DNA of 64,000 nucleotides from Candidatus Babeliales bacterium (GTDB lineage Bacteria; Babelota; Babeliae; Babelales; Vermiphilaceae): NCBI GenBank assembly GCA_963743635.1, contig CAVUQO010000003.1, positions 480,001 to 544,000 of the forward strand, read 5' to 3'. Shown piece by piece: positions 20,365 to 30,140 of this stretch (position 1 is its first letter; each line of letters starts with the position of its first letter). The notes under the pieces were generated by a model. It saw only the letters and a program-made list of their open reading frames with translations, ran no database searches and was not told where the DNA came from. The position numbers and the translations under genes were made by a program.

Positions 20365-20829
20365 ATGGGAGTTACAATACGATCGCTTACGGACGGCGAT
20401 CTCGACGATTATGAACGATTATTCACGCCACTCGTCAGAGAGGCATTGCATGTTTCATCGCCTGCAATAGAGCGCATCTACATTAAAGAGCGCATTGCGC
20501 AGCATGAATCAGGCACTACCTTTTTATTTGGGGTCTTTTCAAATCATGAGCTGATTGGCGCGCTCGAAATACGATCGGCGAACACATCTCGCGGCCAACT
20601 CTACTGTTGGCTGAACGAACAATTCTGGGGCAACGGTTATTTCCAGGAAGCACTTCAGCTTGCCGCTTCTTTTTATTTCAATCATACGCAGGAACGCTAT
20701 ATCACTGCACACGTCGATTGCGAAAATCTGCGCAGCTATCGCGCGCTTAGGAAAGCTGGTTTTGTCGATGCAGGCTTTCAAAACGGGCCGCACGGCAAGC
20801 AATTCGAATTGATTTACCGAAAAAAATAG
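20365..20829 (+). CDS. GNAT acetyltransferase (RimJ/RimL-like)
   Basis: WLNEQFWGNGY, NLRSYRALRKAGF. Confidence 0.8.
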   Translation: MGVTIRSLTDGDLDDYERLFTPLVREALHVSSPAIERIYIKERIAQHESGTTFLFGVFSNHELIGALEIRSANTSRGQLYCWLNEQFWGNGYFQEALQLAASFYFNHTQERYITAHVDCENLRSYRALRKAGFVDAGFQNGPHGKQFELIYRKK

Positions 20830-20938
20830 TAATGTGAGTTTGCAATGCATTGAGTCATTGCATTTCGCAGTTGAGATTCGATAGATTGGTCTTCACCGTA
20901 ATAAAAATCTTATTTTGCTGTATGAAGGAAAGAACGAT

Positions 20939-21679
20939 ATGAAAATATTGAAAAAAATAACGCTGATAATGCTTGCATGTGCTCTCTGCAGTCAACCGAT
21001 ATTGGCGATGAGTGAAAAAATGCTGGAAAAATATAAAAAACAAGAACAGGAAAAAAGGGAAGCGGAAGCAAGGCGGGAAGCTGCAAAAAAAAGAGAAGAA
21101 GAGATAAGTAAAGAATGCGCAATCTGCTTGGAGGGGATGAAAGAATCTGATGATCTTGCAACTTTATCGTGCAAGCATACGTTTCATAAAGAATGCATTA
21201 AGGATTGGTTAAAGCGGCAAACAACGTGTCCGGTATGCAGAAACCCTATCTCTCAACAAGATCAAGACGTTATTAATGCAGTAAAAAAGATTGAAAAAGG
21301 TAAACAGCCTGCTCGAGCGGGTGAATCATCACGTATGGGTGAGCAACGAGGTCAACGGCAAGCGGCAGTTGAGGATATCGAAGCAAGGGATCAGTATGGT
21401 AGGACTGCATTGCAAAGAGCAGCGATAGCGGGTGATTTTGATTTAGTAAAGACGCTGATCGCGCGTGGTGCGAATGTTAATACGAGAGATAATCACCAAA
21501 ATACACCATTACATGATGCTGCATGGTACGGTCACAACTTTGTCATAATAGCACTTGCAAACGCCGGAGCCGACGTTAATGCCCGCAATAGACATGGTCT
21601 TACACCGCTCGGTAAGGCTCATGCTAATAATAAGACAAGAGAAGAGCGCATTTTGCGGGATATATATCACGCGCGATGA
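20939..21679 (+). CDS. Secreted RING-H2 + ankyrin repeat protein (candidate E3 ligase effector)
   Basis: CAIC-x15-CKHTFHKEC-x10-CPVC; ankyrin motifs GRTALQRAA, QNTPLHDAA, GLTPLGKA; shared leader. Confidence 0.92.
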   Translation: MKILKKITLIMLACALCSQPILAMSEKMLEKYKKQEQEKREAEARREAAKKREEEISKECAICLEGMKESDDLATLSCKHTFHKECIKDWLKRQTTCPVCRNPISQQDQDVINAVKKIEKGKQPARAGESSRMGEQRGQRQAAVEDIEARDQYGRTALQRAAIAGDFDLVKTLIARGANVNTRDNHQNTPLHDAAWYGHNFVIIALANAGADVNARNRHGLTPLGKAHANNKTREERILRDIYHAR

Positions 21680-21775
21680 GAAATTTCTTGAGAACGGGAT
21701 ATTCGCGTAACAGGGCGTTTTGAAAGAGCGTAAGCTGATAAGTTTGAATAATGAAAAAATATGTAAATAGCCGAT

Positions 21776-22040
21776 GAAGCGGAATGGGCCGGAGCATCAG
21801 CTAATATCTCGGTATATTATCGCACTCCTGATAACAAACTCATGAAATATCATTATGAGCACAAAGAACACGAAAAAGAAATAAAAGTACCAGAAGACGA
21901 TATAACTAATTCGTATGAAGCGGCTGCTATTGAAACAATGATTAATGGCGTGAAAGAAAGTATCTCAAAAGAAGAATTGCTTTAGCATATTCATCGCGAC
22001 TAATAAAAATACGTGTCCTGCCTATCCTGGTGGGGCACGT
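21776..22040 (+). repeat. About 265-bp direct repeat: orphan copy of the 3' end and terminator of the 22088 gene (other copy 24254-24518)
   Basis: Encodes AGASANISVYYRTPDNKLMKYHYE...KESISKEELL*; 21812-21934 identical to 24290-24412. Confidence 0.92.
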
Positions 22041-22087
22041 TAAACATAATGAAAACCATAATATTTATGTATAAAGGAAGGAGCGAT

Positions 22088-24463
22088 ATGAAGATGTTCA
22101 AAAAAATAACGCTGATAATGTTTGCACTTGCTCTCTCTACTCAGCCGATGTTGGCGATGAGTGAGAAGGCGCTAGCAAAATGGAAAAAAGCAGAGCAAGA
22201 AAAGAGAGAAGTGGCGGCCGCAGCAGCGGCGAGAACAACTCCAATCGCAAGTAGCTCATCAGTCATCCCGGCAGCACCTCCTGCGCCCGCTCTAAAACCA
22301 TCGTCTCCTGCTGTAAAACAAAAAGTAAAAGTGGCAGTGCAGCCAAAACCAACGCAGTATACGGGTTATCGTAAACTCGCGATTTTATTGACTTCAGATG
22401 AAGAAAAATTGTCCAATGAAGCACTCAAAACGTTATCGGATCATGAGGATATTGATGATCCGTCGTTTCAGTCGGCATTCACCAATTTATTGGCAGATAT
22501 TCTTTGCCAAAAAGCAATTCCGGTCTTGGTTTGTGAACCCTGCATTTTGGAAAATATTTTCCTCTTACAATATGCAACGGCAAAATTCAGTGAAAAAAAT
22601 GACTATGATAGTGCAGATCTAAAACAGACATTGCGTGATGACGCTGAGATGAGAAAAGATGCACAGAATATGAAGAAGTCAAACCCTGGTCCGATCTCAG
22701 AAAAATCTCCCTTCTTTATTCGTTATAAAGAGCTGTATTCTCCAAGAGACAAAGATGAATCAGAAGATGGGGCAGAGTACATTTCGAGCATACCAATAGA
22801 TTTTCCACTTGATGTTATACCGAATGGGTGGGCTCTTTTTGAATATCATGATACGCATCCCAGTGAGAAAGCATACCTTTTAATTCCATCACCTCAAAAA
22901 TCCGATCCAATGCAATTGCTTATTGCGCATGGATTTAATCCTGCAGTATTTAGATATAAACCTTTTGCCGTTTTTATGAAAGAGTTGAAGGAAAAATCAG
23001 ATTATTCTGACTATGGCAAAAAAGGCAGCAAGAAAGAAGTAATGAGCTCTCAAGAAGTGAAAGCGGCATTGCATGCTTTCTCGCTGAGCGCGCTTACTAT
23101 TATTAATCAATCACTTACCGATGATGCCACTAAACCTTGGACATTATTAATTGGAGGCCATGGACAGATAAAAACTTCAGAGTTGAGTGATGCTAGTATC
23201 GCTGGGATGTCAGCGGATGTGCTGACTAAGGGATTATTGCCGCTGCTGGTAGATAAAAATAGTCGATTTTGTTATTTCTGGACGTGTGATATCGGGGGGG
23301 GTAATAGAGATCTTATTCGCGAAGTATTTGCCAACGTACATATAGCCAATGAGTTGTTGCCAGAGCTTAAAAGCATGCTGAAAAAAAAGACGCCTCAGTA
23401 TCCAAATAATCTCATTACGGTTGTTGGAGGCATCTCGGATATTACAGTATTGTCGATGACGCCAGTGCCTATACCAACCGATAGCATTGCATCTTTTAAT
23501 AAGGTATGGACGAGCATTGATAAGGATGATCCCATTGCCATGCATTTCTTACCATTAATTCCAAGCGTGCGCTATGATCTCTTTTTTAAGGGCCTTGAGC
23601 AGCATTTAAGGGCTGAGGATCAAAAAGGTAAATCTACCAAAGAATTAGTGACGCCATGGAAAGAGCTGCTTAAGTATGTAACGCCATACAATTTTGCAAA
23701 AGGAGAGTATTTCTATAGCAATATTCCGCAAATTCGTTTTCCAACGCACGATGCAGCATTTAATGCTCTTGAGGTGGATGGACGGATTCAGGTGTTGACG
23801 TACGTTGACGTAAAAGCGCGCGAGTTTGAGGCAAAGTTGAGAGGTCAAGCTGCTGCGAAACCAATCATCGTTGATAATAAAGATATGCTCATTGTGTATC
23901 CATTAAGCGTTAATGCGCCGGTTGAAATGATGCAAAAGGATCCTGCAATCGTTCCCGCTCGAGCAGAAACTATGGGCATGTTTTTCAAAAAGATCACGTG
24001 TCCGCCGAGCAAAAATTTGCAAAATACCATCCACACTCTCTTTACCTATGAAGCAATGGGCGGCAGAAAAATCGCACGTTCGTTTTTAGTGGAAGAACTT
24101 GGTCTCAGCAATAGGGTGTATAAAGACGTCTTGGTAACGAGCAAATCGGTAGAGCCAGAGGGTGTATGGAACGAAGAAACCAAGGAATATGACTATCCGG
24201 CCTCTGCATGGGTGTGGAATGAGCAAACGCAAGAGGAGGGGTCTGAATCCAGTGAACCGGAATTCGCCGGAGCATCAGTTGATATCTCAGTATATTATCG
24301 CACTCCTGATAACAAACTCATGAAATATCATTATGAGCACAAAGAACACGAAAAAGAAATAAAAGTACCAGAAGACGATATAACTAATTCGTATGAAGCG
24401 GCTGCTATTGAAGCAATGATTAATGGCGTGAAAGAAAGTATCTCAAAGGAAGAAGCGCTATAG
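22088..24463 (+). CDS. Large secreted protein with clan-CD (C80/CPD-like) His-Cys motif
   Basis: Shared leader, Pro/Ala linker, WTLLIGGHG...IAGMSADVL...FCYFWTCDIG; collinear with the 24788 protein. Confidence 0.75.
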   Translation: MKMFKKITLIMFALALSTQPMLAMSEKALAKWKKAEQEKREVAAAAAARTTPIASSSSVIPAAPPAPALKPSSPAVKQKVKVAVQPKPTQYTGYRKLAILLTSDEEKLSNEALKTLSDHEDIDDPSFQSAFTNLLADILCQKAIPVLVCEPCILENIFLLQYATAKFSEKNDYDSADLKQTLRDDAEMRKDAQNMKKSNPGPISEKSPFFIRYKELYSPRDKDESEDGAEYISSIPIDFPLDVIPNGWALFEYHDTHPSEKAYLLIPSPQKSDPMQLLIAHGFNPAVFRYKPFAVFMKELKEKSDYSDYGKKGSKKEVMSSQEVKAALHAFSLSALTIINQSLTDDATKPWTLLIGGHGQIKTSELSDASIAGMSADVLTKGLLPLLVDKNSRFCYFWTCDIGGGNRDLIREVFANVHIANELLPELKSMLKKKTPQYPNNLITVVGGISDITVLSMTPVPIPTDSIASFNKVWTSIDKDDPIAMHFLPLIPSVRYDLFFKGLEQHLRAEDQKGKSTKELVTPWKELLKYVTPYNFAKGEYFYSNIPQIRFPTHDAAFNALEVDGRIQVLTYVDVKAREFEAKLRGQAAAKPIIVDNKDMLIVYPLSVNAPVEMMQKDPAIVPARAETMGMFFKKITCPPSKNLQNTIHTLFTYEAMGGRKIARSFLVEELGLSNRVYKDVLVTSKSVEPEGVWNEETKEYDYPASAWVWNEQTQEEGSESSEPEFAGASVDISVYYRTPDNKLMKYHYEHKEHEKEIKVPEDDITNSYEAAAIEAMINGVKESISKEEAL

Positions 24464-24620
24464 CGTATTCATCGCAATCAATAAAAATACGTGCCCTGCC
24501 TATCCTGGTGGGGCACATTTACTATCATGAACAGTCATTCATTACGGGAAGTATTGCGATGCATCGTGAACTATTGGTATGGTATTTCGAAAAGCATGAA
24601 CTATAAAACAAGGAAAAGAT

Positions 24621-27600
24621 ATGAAATTATTAAAGCAAATCGTTTTGATACTCGCCGTTGTATATAATCAATCAATAGGTGCAATGGAAGAAGCTATTCC
24701 TAAAGTGCCAATGCCACCTGCCCTAAAACCAACGTTGCCCGTGCGTATCCCACGAAAGAAAAAGTCCCAACCGCCGCATCTCAATCAATGCCTAAGACGT
24801 ATCGTAGATTGACGGCATTGATTACGCATAATGAAGAAAAATTTCCTACATCAGAACTTTCGGGCATATTTGAAGGCAAAAGTATTACGATTAATTCAGC
24901 ATTGACCAGCGATATGGCAGACCTTTTGAGCCAAAAAGCAGCGCCCATTTTGGTGTGTGGTTCATATCTTTTTGAAAACATCTTATTGTTAAAAGTTGCA
25001 ACCGAAGCATATATTAAAAAAGATGCAGCATGGGCAAAGGGTGCTGTAGCAATTAAGCAAATGAAAGAAAAGATACAAAAAACATATGCAACGCTCTATA
25101 AAAATAAGCCGATCCAAAAAGAGGATCCCTTCTTTACTGAGTATCAAGAACTTCTCAGTCTTGCTCCCGAGAAATATTCTACAGAATCGTTTAATGAGTT
25201 ATTTGTGTGGGAAATACCAGCATTATATCCCCTTGATGACATTTCGAAGGATTGGTTATTATTTGAGTATCATAGTGGACAGCAACCCGGTCCTGCATAT
25301 CTTTTAATACCCTATGAAAATGCGGATGCAAGAAAACCGATGGGAGATGCATTGCGCGGTATATTGATTGAGCATGGCTTTAATCCAGGAGTATTGCGTG
25401 CAGTATCGATCAAAGATCTCGAAACTGAATTGATCAATAATAAGGGCTATTCGTTTTATACCAACAGTATGTCTAATCAAGATTTTGCGCAGTTTTCATC
25501 CGGTGTTTCTACCGTATTTAATCAGATAATGACTGATGATCCGAATCAACCATGGATACTCTGGATGTCTGGACACGGAATAGTTACTCAAAATGTTCGG
25601 GAAAATAGAGTAGCTGGGATGTATTTAAGCGATTTTACGCAAGATCTACTACCGCTCTTAGTAGATAAAAATAGTCGTTTTTGTTATGTAAGCTCGTGTC
25701 AAATAGGGCTCACCAACAGAGACATGATTCGTACTTATTTTTCAGGTATTCGTGTGGCAGGCGGTTTAGGACCAAAATTTAAAGGTAAACCAGTTAAATA
25801 TCCGAATAATCTTATTCTTGTTCTGGGAGGTATATCAGATGTTTTGACAAGAAGCATGCAACTTACTCCAATACCGGCGACGAGCATTGAGAAATTTAAT
25901 AAGGTATGGGCAGGCATTGATAAGAATGATCCCGTTTCGCTCCATTTTTTGCCATTTGTGCCAGCAGTCCGTTATGATAAATTTTTTGGTGCTCTTGCAA
26001 AGCAGTTAAGCGCAGAGGAATTACCGGCATCATCAAAAACGATGCTGTCTCCATGGAAGGATGTCTTGAGGTATACAACCCCGTATGATGTTAATAAGGG
26101 TACGTATATCTATAATAATATTCCTCAAATTCGTTTCCCGACATACGATGCAGCATTTAATGTTATTGACGTTGATCAACATATTCAGACTTTACGGTAT
26201 GTTGAGGTAAAAGCACGCGAGCTTGAGGCACAATTATCGGGTAAGCCGCTTGAGAATTATCCAATAAAAATCGATAACAAAGATATGGTGTTGATCTATC
26301 CATTAAGCATTAACGTGCCGCTTGATATCACTGGAAAATGTCCTGCAATGGTCTCTGCACGTGCAGGATCATTCAAAATGTTTTTCAAAAAAATTGTATG
26401 CGATGTTGAGGGCGATTTGCCGAATGTATTAGATACACTCTTTGCATACGAATTAAAAAGTGACTTTCCTCTAGAAGCATTGCCAGAAGAAACATTGGTT
26501 CGTGAGGTGTTAGTTGAGGAGTTACTACTCAATGGTATTTCTTTTTATAACATTCGTATGCTTGGCAGTGCCGATACCATAACGGTTTATTACCACGATC
26601 AAGATAATAAGCTTATGGGATATAATTATGAAACGCAGTGGGAGCAAATGAAGCTTAGTTGGGCCTCTCTCTTTCGAAGGGGAGCAAATGAGCTTCGAAC
26701 AAACTCTTTGCCAATAACTGACCCCCTTGCTATCGAACAGCGATTTAATGAAAGCAAGGAAAGTATCTTAAAAGAAGAGGGACTGCCAGCAGGGGTATCA
26801 CGAGAAACGGCGACCAAGCAAGAGCAGTTTTCTTTTGATGTGTTAAAAAAACGCATAGCTGATTTGCACTCGGCCTTCGAGCAAAAGCAGGCTTCGCTCA
26901 TTAAAGAATCTGCGCAAACGATTGCCTATATGTTGGCATCCGATGCTTCATTGCAGTTGTTACAAGAAAATAATGCAGAAATGATTGCGTTACTTAAGAG
27001 CATCGATCCGAGTATGAAGCTTGTTATTTATGCGCAAATGCCAGGAGTAGCATGGGAAGAGCGATTTGAATTCTCTTCTCAAGAAAATCAACTGTTATCA
27101 CTCGCCTACTTCCCTGATGGAAATCGGCTGCTGATTAGTGGGTCTAAAGGCGCGAAAATATGGGATGCGTCTAATGGAACAATGATACAACAAATAACAG
27201 CTGGCAAAGTCAGAGCAACACTTTCATTCGATGGAACTAAGATAGTTGCCCCATATGGTTTTTTCACCGCGCAAATATGGGACGAGTCCGGCAAGGAGCT
27301 CTATAAAATTCAGCATGAGATCGAGAGCCATTATTTTGACATTGAAAAGGCGGTATTTTCATCTGATGGAATGAAGATAGCAGCTGCTTGTAGCGATGGT
27401 ATTGCAAGAATATGGACGTTGAATAATGGAGTACCACAGTTTGATCGTGCCTTGAAACAGGGAGAATTAGGTGATTCAGCGCGTGCAATAGCATTTTCGC
27501 CGAACGCAGATCGTGTGGTAGTTGGAAATGATGTAAGCCATGTAAGAATATGGAATGCACTCAATGGGCAGTTGGAGCATGACCTTAAGGCTCATCTCGG

Positions 27601-28096
27601 TGTCGTTTATTCAGTAGCATTTTCACGCGATGGAAGAAAGATAGTGACGGCGTCTTCGGATAATACGGCGAAGATATGGGATGCAGATACTGGCACATTA
27701 TTGCATACGCTGACGCATCCAAATCAAGTTTATTCAGCAGAATTTTCAGCAGATGGCACGCAAGTGTTGACGGCGTGTAGGGATGGTAATGCAAGAATAT
27801 GGAATTCAATAAGCGGTATCATTGTCTTCACATTGGATTGCGGAGATTCTGACAGAGCAGCAGCGTTTTCACGCAGTGGTCATGAGATAGCGACGGGTAC
27901 CGGTGATGGAAACGTGAAAATATGGACGTTAGGCGTTGCATTTAATTTTGATCAAGCATTGTTAGCGCAACTCTTAGCATGGGCAGCGCAGCATGATAAA
28001 AAAATAAGCATTAGGCTAAATACATGGGCTGGGGATGCTTGGAACATGGCCCATAAAGAATTGCGTGAAAAGTATCAGAGCGCGGTGCAGAAATAA
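24621..28096 (+). CDS. Secreted paralog of 22088 with added C-terminal WD40 propeller; leader (24621..) is one base out of frame with the body (24788..)
   Basis: Signal peptide and PPALKP in frame 0; YRRL..EEK, WMSGHG, VAGM, LLPLLVDKNSRFCYVSSC in the -1 frame; WD repeats AKIWD, ARIWT, VRIWN, VKIWT. Confidence 0.85.
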
Positions 28097-28124
28097 TATG
28101 TTATTCGATTGCAAGGAGATAACG

Positions 28125-29099
28125 ATGAATATGTTGAAAAAAATAACGTTGATAATGTTTGCATGTGCGCTGTACAGTCAATCGATGTTGGCGATGAGTG
28201 AGAAAGCGCTGGAAAAATGGAAAAAAGTAGAGCAAGCAAAGAGAGAAGCGGCAGCCACAGCTCGTAAGCAAACCGTATTATCATTTGATATTGATGACGT
28301 TATCAGTGGAAAAGCAAAAATAGGAATTAGTGATTATCTTACGTTGGTGCTGCGCATGATGCTTTGGAATCCGATGGTGGTCACCGCACTCTTTCCTGCT
28401 AACCAAGCGGCAATGAGTCAGTATGTTACTGAAATACAAAAAACGGTGAATGGTGGTTCAAACGTCGTGCACGAAATCATAGGATATTTAAAAAATAACG
28501 GCTATGGCGATCTTTCTTGTTACGAGCCTGAGATTATTGAACGTTCGCAAAAGCCATATCCCGTAACGCGTATGATTGATGATATTAAAAAGCTCAAAGC
28601 AGCAGGTTACAGCGTTATAGGTGCGACCAATCAGGATTATATGCAGCATCAGGCATATCGGCGGTATATGAAAGACGTCCATGGTATCGATCTCAATACA
28701 CTCTTTGATGCTGTGTTGACGACGTGCGTGTATCATGCTGCGCAACCGGCTGGTGATGATTTATGCTACCGACTCAATGCAACAGACAATATCTATGTAG
28801 CGCGCAATCGTGAAGCTTATAAACCGCATTCCAGTTATTTTACCGTCGTTCAAGAATTGGCCAAAAAAGTTGAGCCAACAAGTACGCGCGTTATACATAC
28901 TGACGATAGAAAAGAGAATATTGACGCGGCGGAACAAGCGGGCATAGAAGGCATTCATTTTAATCTGCCAGGAGAAAGTGTCCGCAAAACAACTCCTGCT
29001 GATCTGGATAATAGTATCAATGCCTGGGAAGCTGAGCTAAAGGGTTTGGGCATTCAGGGGTTAGCCGTCCAACAAAATTCCCAAGCGGCATACGTTTAA
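28125..29099 (+). CDS. Secreted HAD-superfamily hydrolase
   Basis: Shared leader; FDIDDV (motif I), ATNQ (II), YKP (III), TDDRKENIDAA..AGIEGIHF (IV). Confidence 0.85.
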   Translation: MNMLKKITLIMFACALYSQSMLAMSEKALEKWKKVEQAKREAAATARKQTVLSFDIDDVISGKAKIGISDYLTLVLRMMLWNPMVVTALFPANQAAMSQYVTEIQKTVNGGSNVVHEIIGYLKNNGYGDLSCYEPEIIERSQKPYPVTRMIDDIKKLKAAGYSVIGATNQDYMQHQAYRRYMKDVHGIDLNTLFDAVLTTCVYHAAQPAGDDLCYRLNATDNIYVARNREAYKPHSSYFTVVQELAKKVEPTSTRVIHTDDRKENIDAAEQAGIEGIHFNLPGESVRKTTPADLDNSINAWEAELKGLGIQGLAVQQNSQAAYV

Positions 29100-29136
29100 G
29101 CGGATCAGTACATCATTATCTAAAATGGCTCATCGT

Positions 29137-29994
29137 ATGAAAAAAAGAATTATTCTTTTTATTGTAATCGCATCGCATTATGTCCATTCATGCGGCGTGG
29201 TGGGCTATGTGGGTAATAGTATGGGGCAGTCTTTTATTGTTGAGGGGCTCACTCGTATGCAACATTTGGGACATGATTCGGCGGGCTTTGCATACATAGA
29301 TAAAGAGCTGAATACTATAGTATGTATCAAAGCCATCGGGTATATCGATGCGCTCAAAAAAAAATTAAAAAAAGACACGGATGATGGGCATCTTGGTATT
29401 GGCCATACGCGGCGTGCATCGCAGGGGAGGGTAAGTGAAAGAAATGCGCATCCGCATTTAAGCAATGATGGCTCGGTTGCAGTGGTTCACAATGGTAACC
29501 TCCAAAATTATCATCAACTCAAAAAAATATTGATGCAAAAAGGATGTCAATTCAAGTCGGAGACTGATACTGAAGCAATAGCGCAATTGTTTGCAGATCG
29601 TTATGGCGAATCTCAATTGCTGTATGATACTACTCTCGACGTGGTGCAGATGTTGCGTGGCTCGTATACGAGCATCCTTATGCATGGACAGCATCCTGAT
29701 ACGCTCATAGTGATCAGAAAAGGCCCAGCTATTTATCTAGGCATTGGCGATAATGAAATATGCGTAGCGACCCTCGTGATAGCACTGAGAGGTAAAGCTG
29801 ATCGCGTTATTGCATTGCCAGATGAAAGTTTTACATTGATTAAAAAAGATGGTGTGGAGATTTACAATTTTCAGGGAATGCCTTTGATCATTCATCCGCG
29901 TAAGATTGGCATGAAGCGCTCGCTGTATGATTATCTAGAATATGCGGCGTGTATAGGCAGGAATGCCTTAAGCAAAAATATACAATGTGATTGA
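29137..29994 (+). CDS. Stand-alone class II glutamine amidotransferase (GlmS N-domain-like) behind a signal peptide
   Basis: MKKRIILFIVIASHYVHS|CGVVG, GHDSAG, GIGHTR, NAHPH, VHNG, SETDTE; no SIS domains follow. Confidence 0.88.
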   Translation: MKKRIILFIVIASHYVHSCGVVGYVGNSMGQSFIVEGLTRMQHLGHDSAGFAYIDKELNTIVCIKAIGYIDALKKKLKKDTDDGHLGIGHTRRASQGRVSERNAHPHLSNDGSVAVVHNGNLQNYHQLKKILMQKGCQFKSETDTEAIAQLFADRYGESQLLYDTTLDVVQMLRGSYTSILMHGQHPDTLIVIRKGPAIYLGIGDNEICVATLVIALRGKADRVIALPDESFTLIKKDGVEIYNFQGMPLIIHPRKIGMKRSLYDYLEYAACIGRNALSKNIQCD

Positions 29995-30140
29995 TATGAA
30001 AATGCTTTATTTCAACGTTTTTTTCTAAAAATCTTGTTTTTTATACTATGCATAGGACATAATGGGCGCCAACGGTACGTGCGTTATCACATAAGGGATG
30101 TGATGCACGAAGAATACCACAGTAACCATTGGGGGGTGCT

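Noticed and set aside
20365..20829. GNAT toxin of a toxin-antitoxin pair
   Set aside because: No adjacent small RHH antitoxin; RimJ-like pattern
21776..24518. Repeat pair as DGR template/variable repeat
   Set aside because: Mismatches are not adenine-specific, the A-rich core is identical, and there is no reverse transcriptase in the window
29137..29200. Lipoprotein lipobox at VHSC
   Set aside because: Poor match to L-[AS]-[AG]-C; the Cys is the Ntn nucleophile position; not formally excluded
29137..29994. Calling this gene glmS
   Set aside because: No SIS domains follow in any frame examined and key GlmS motifs are altered
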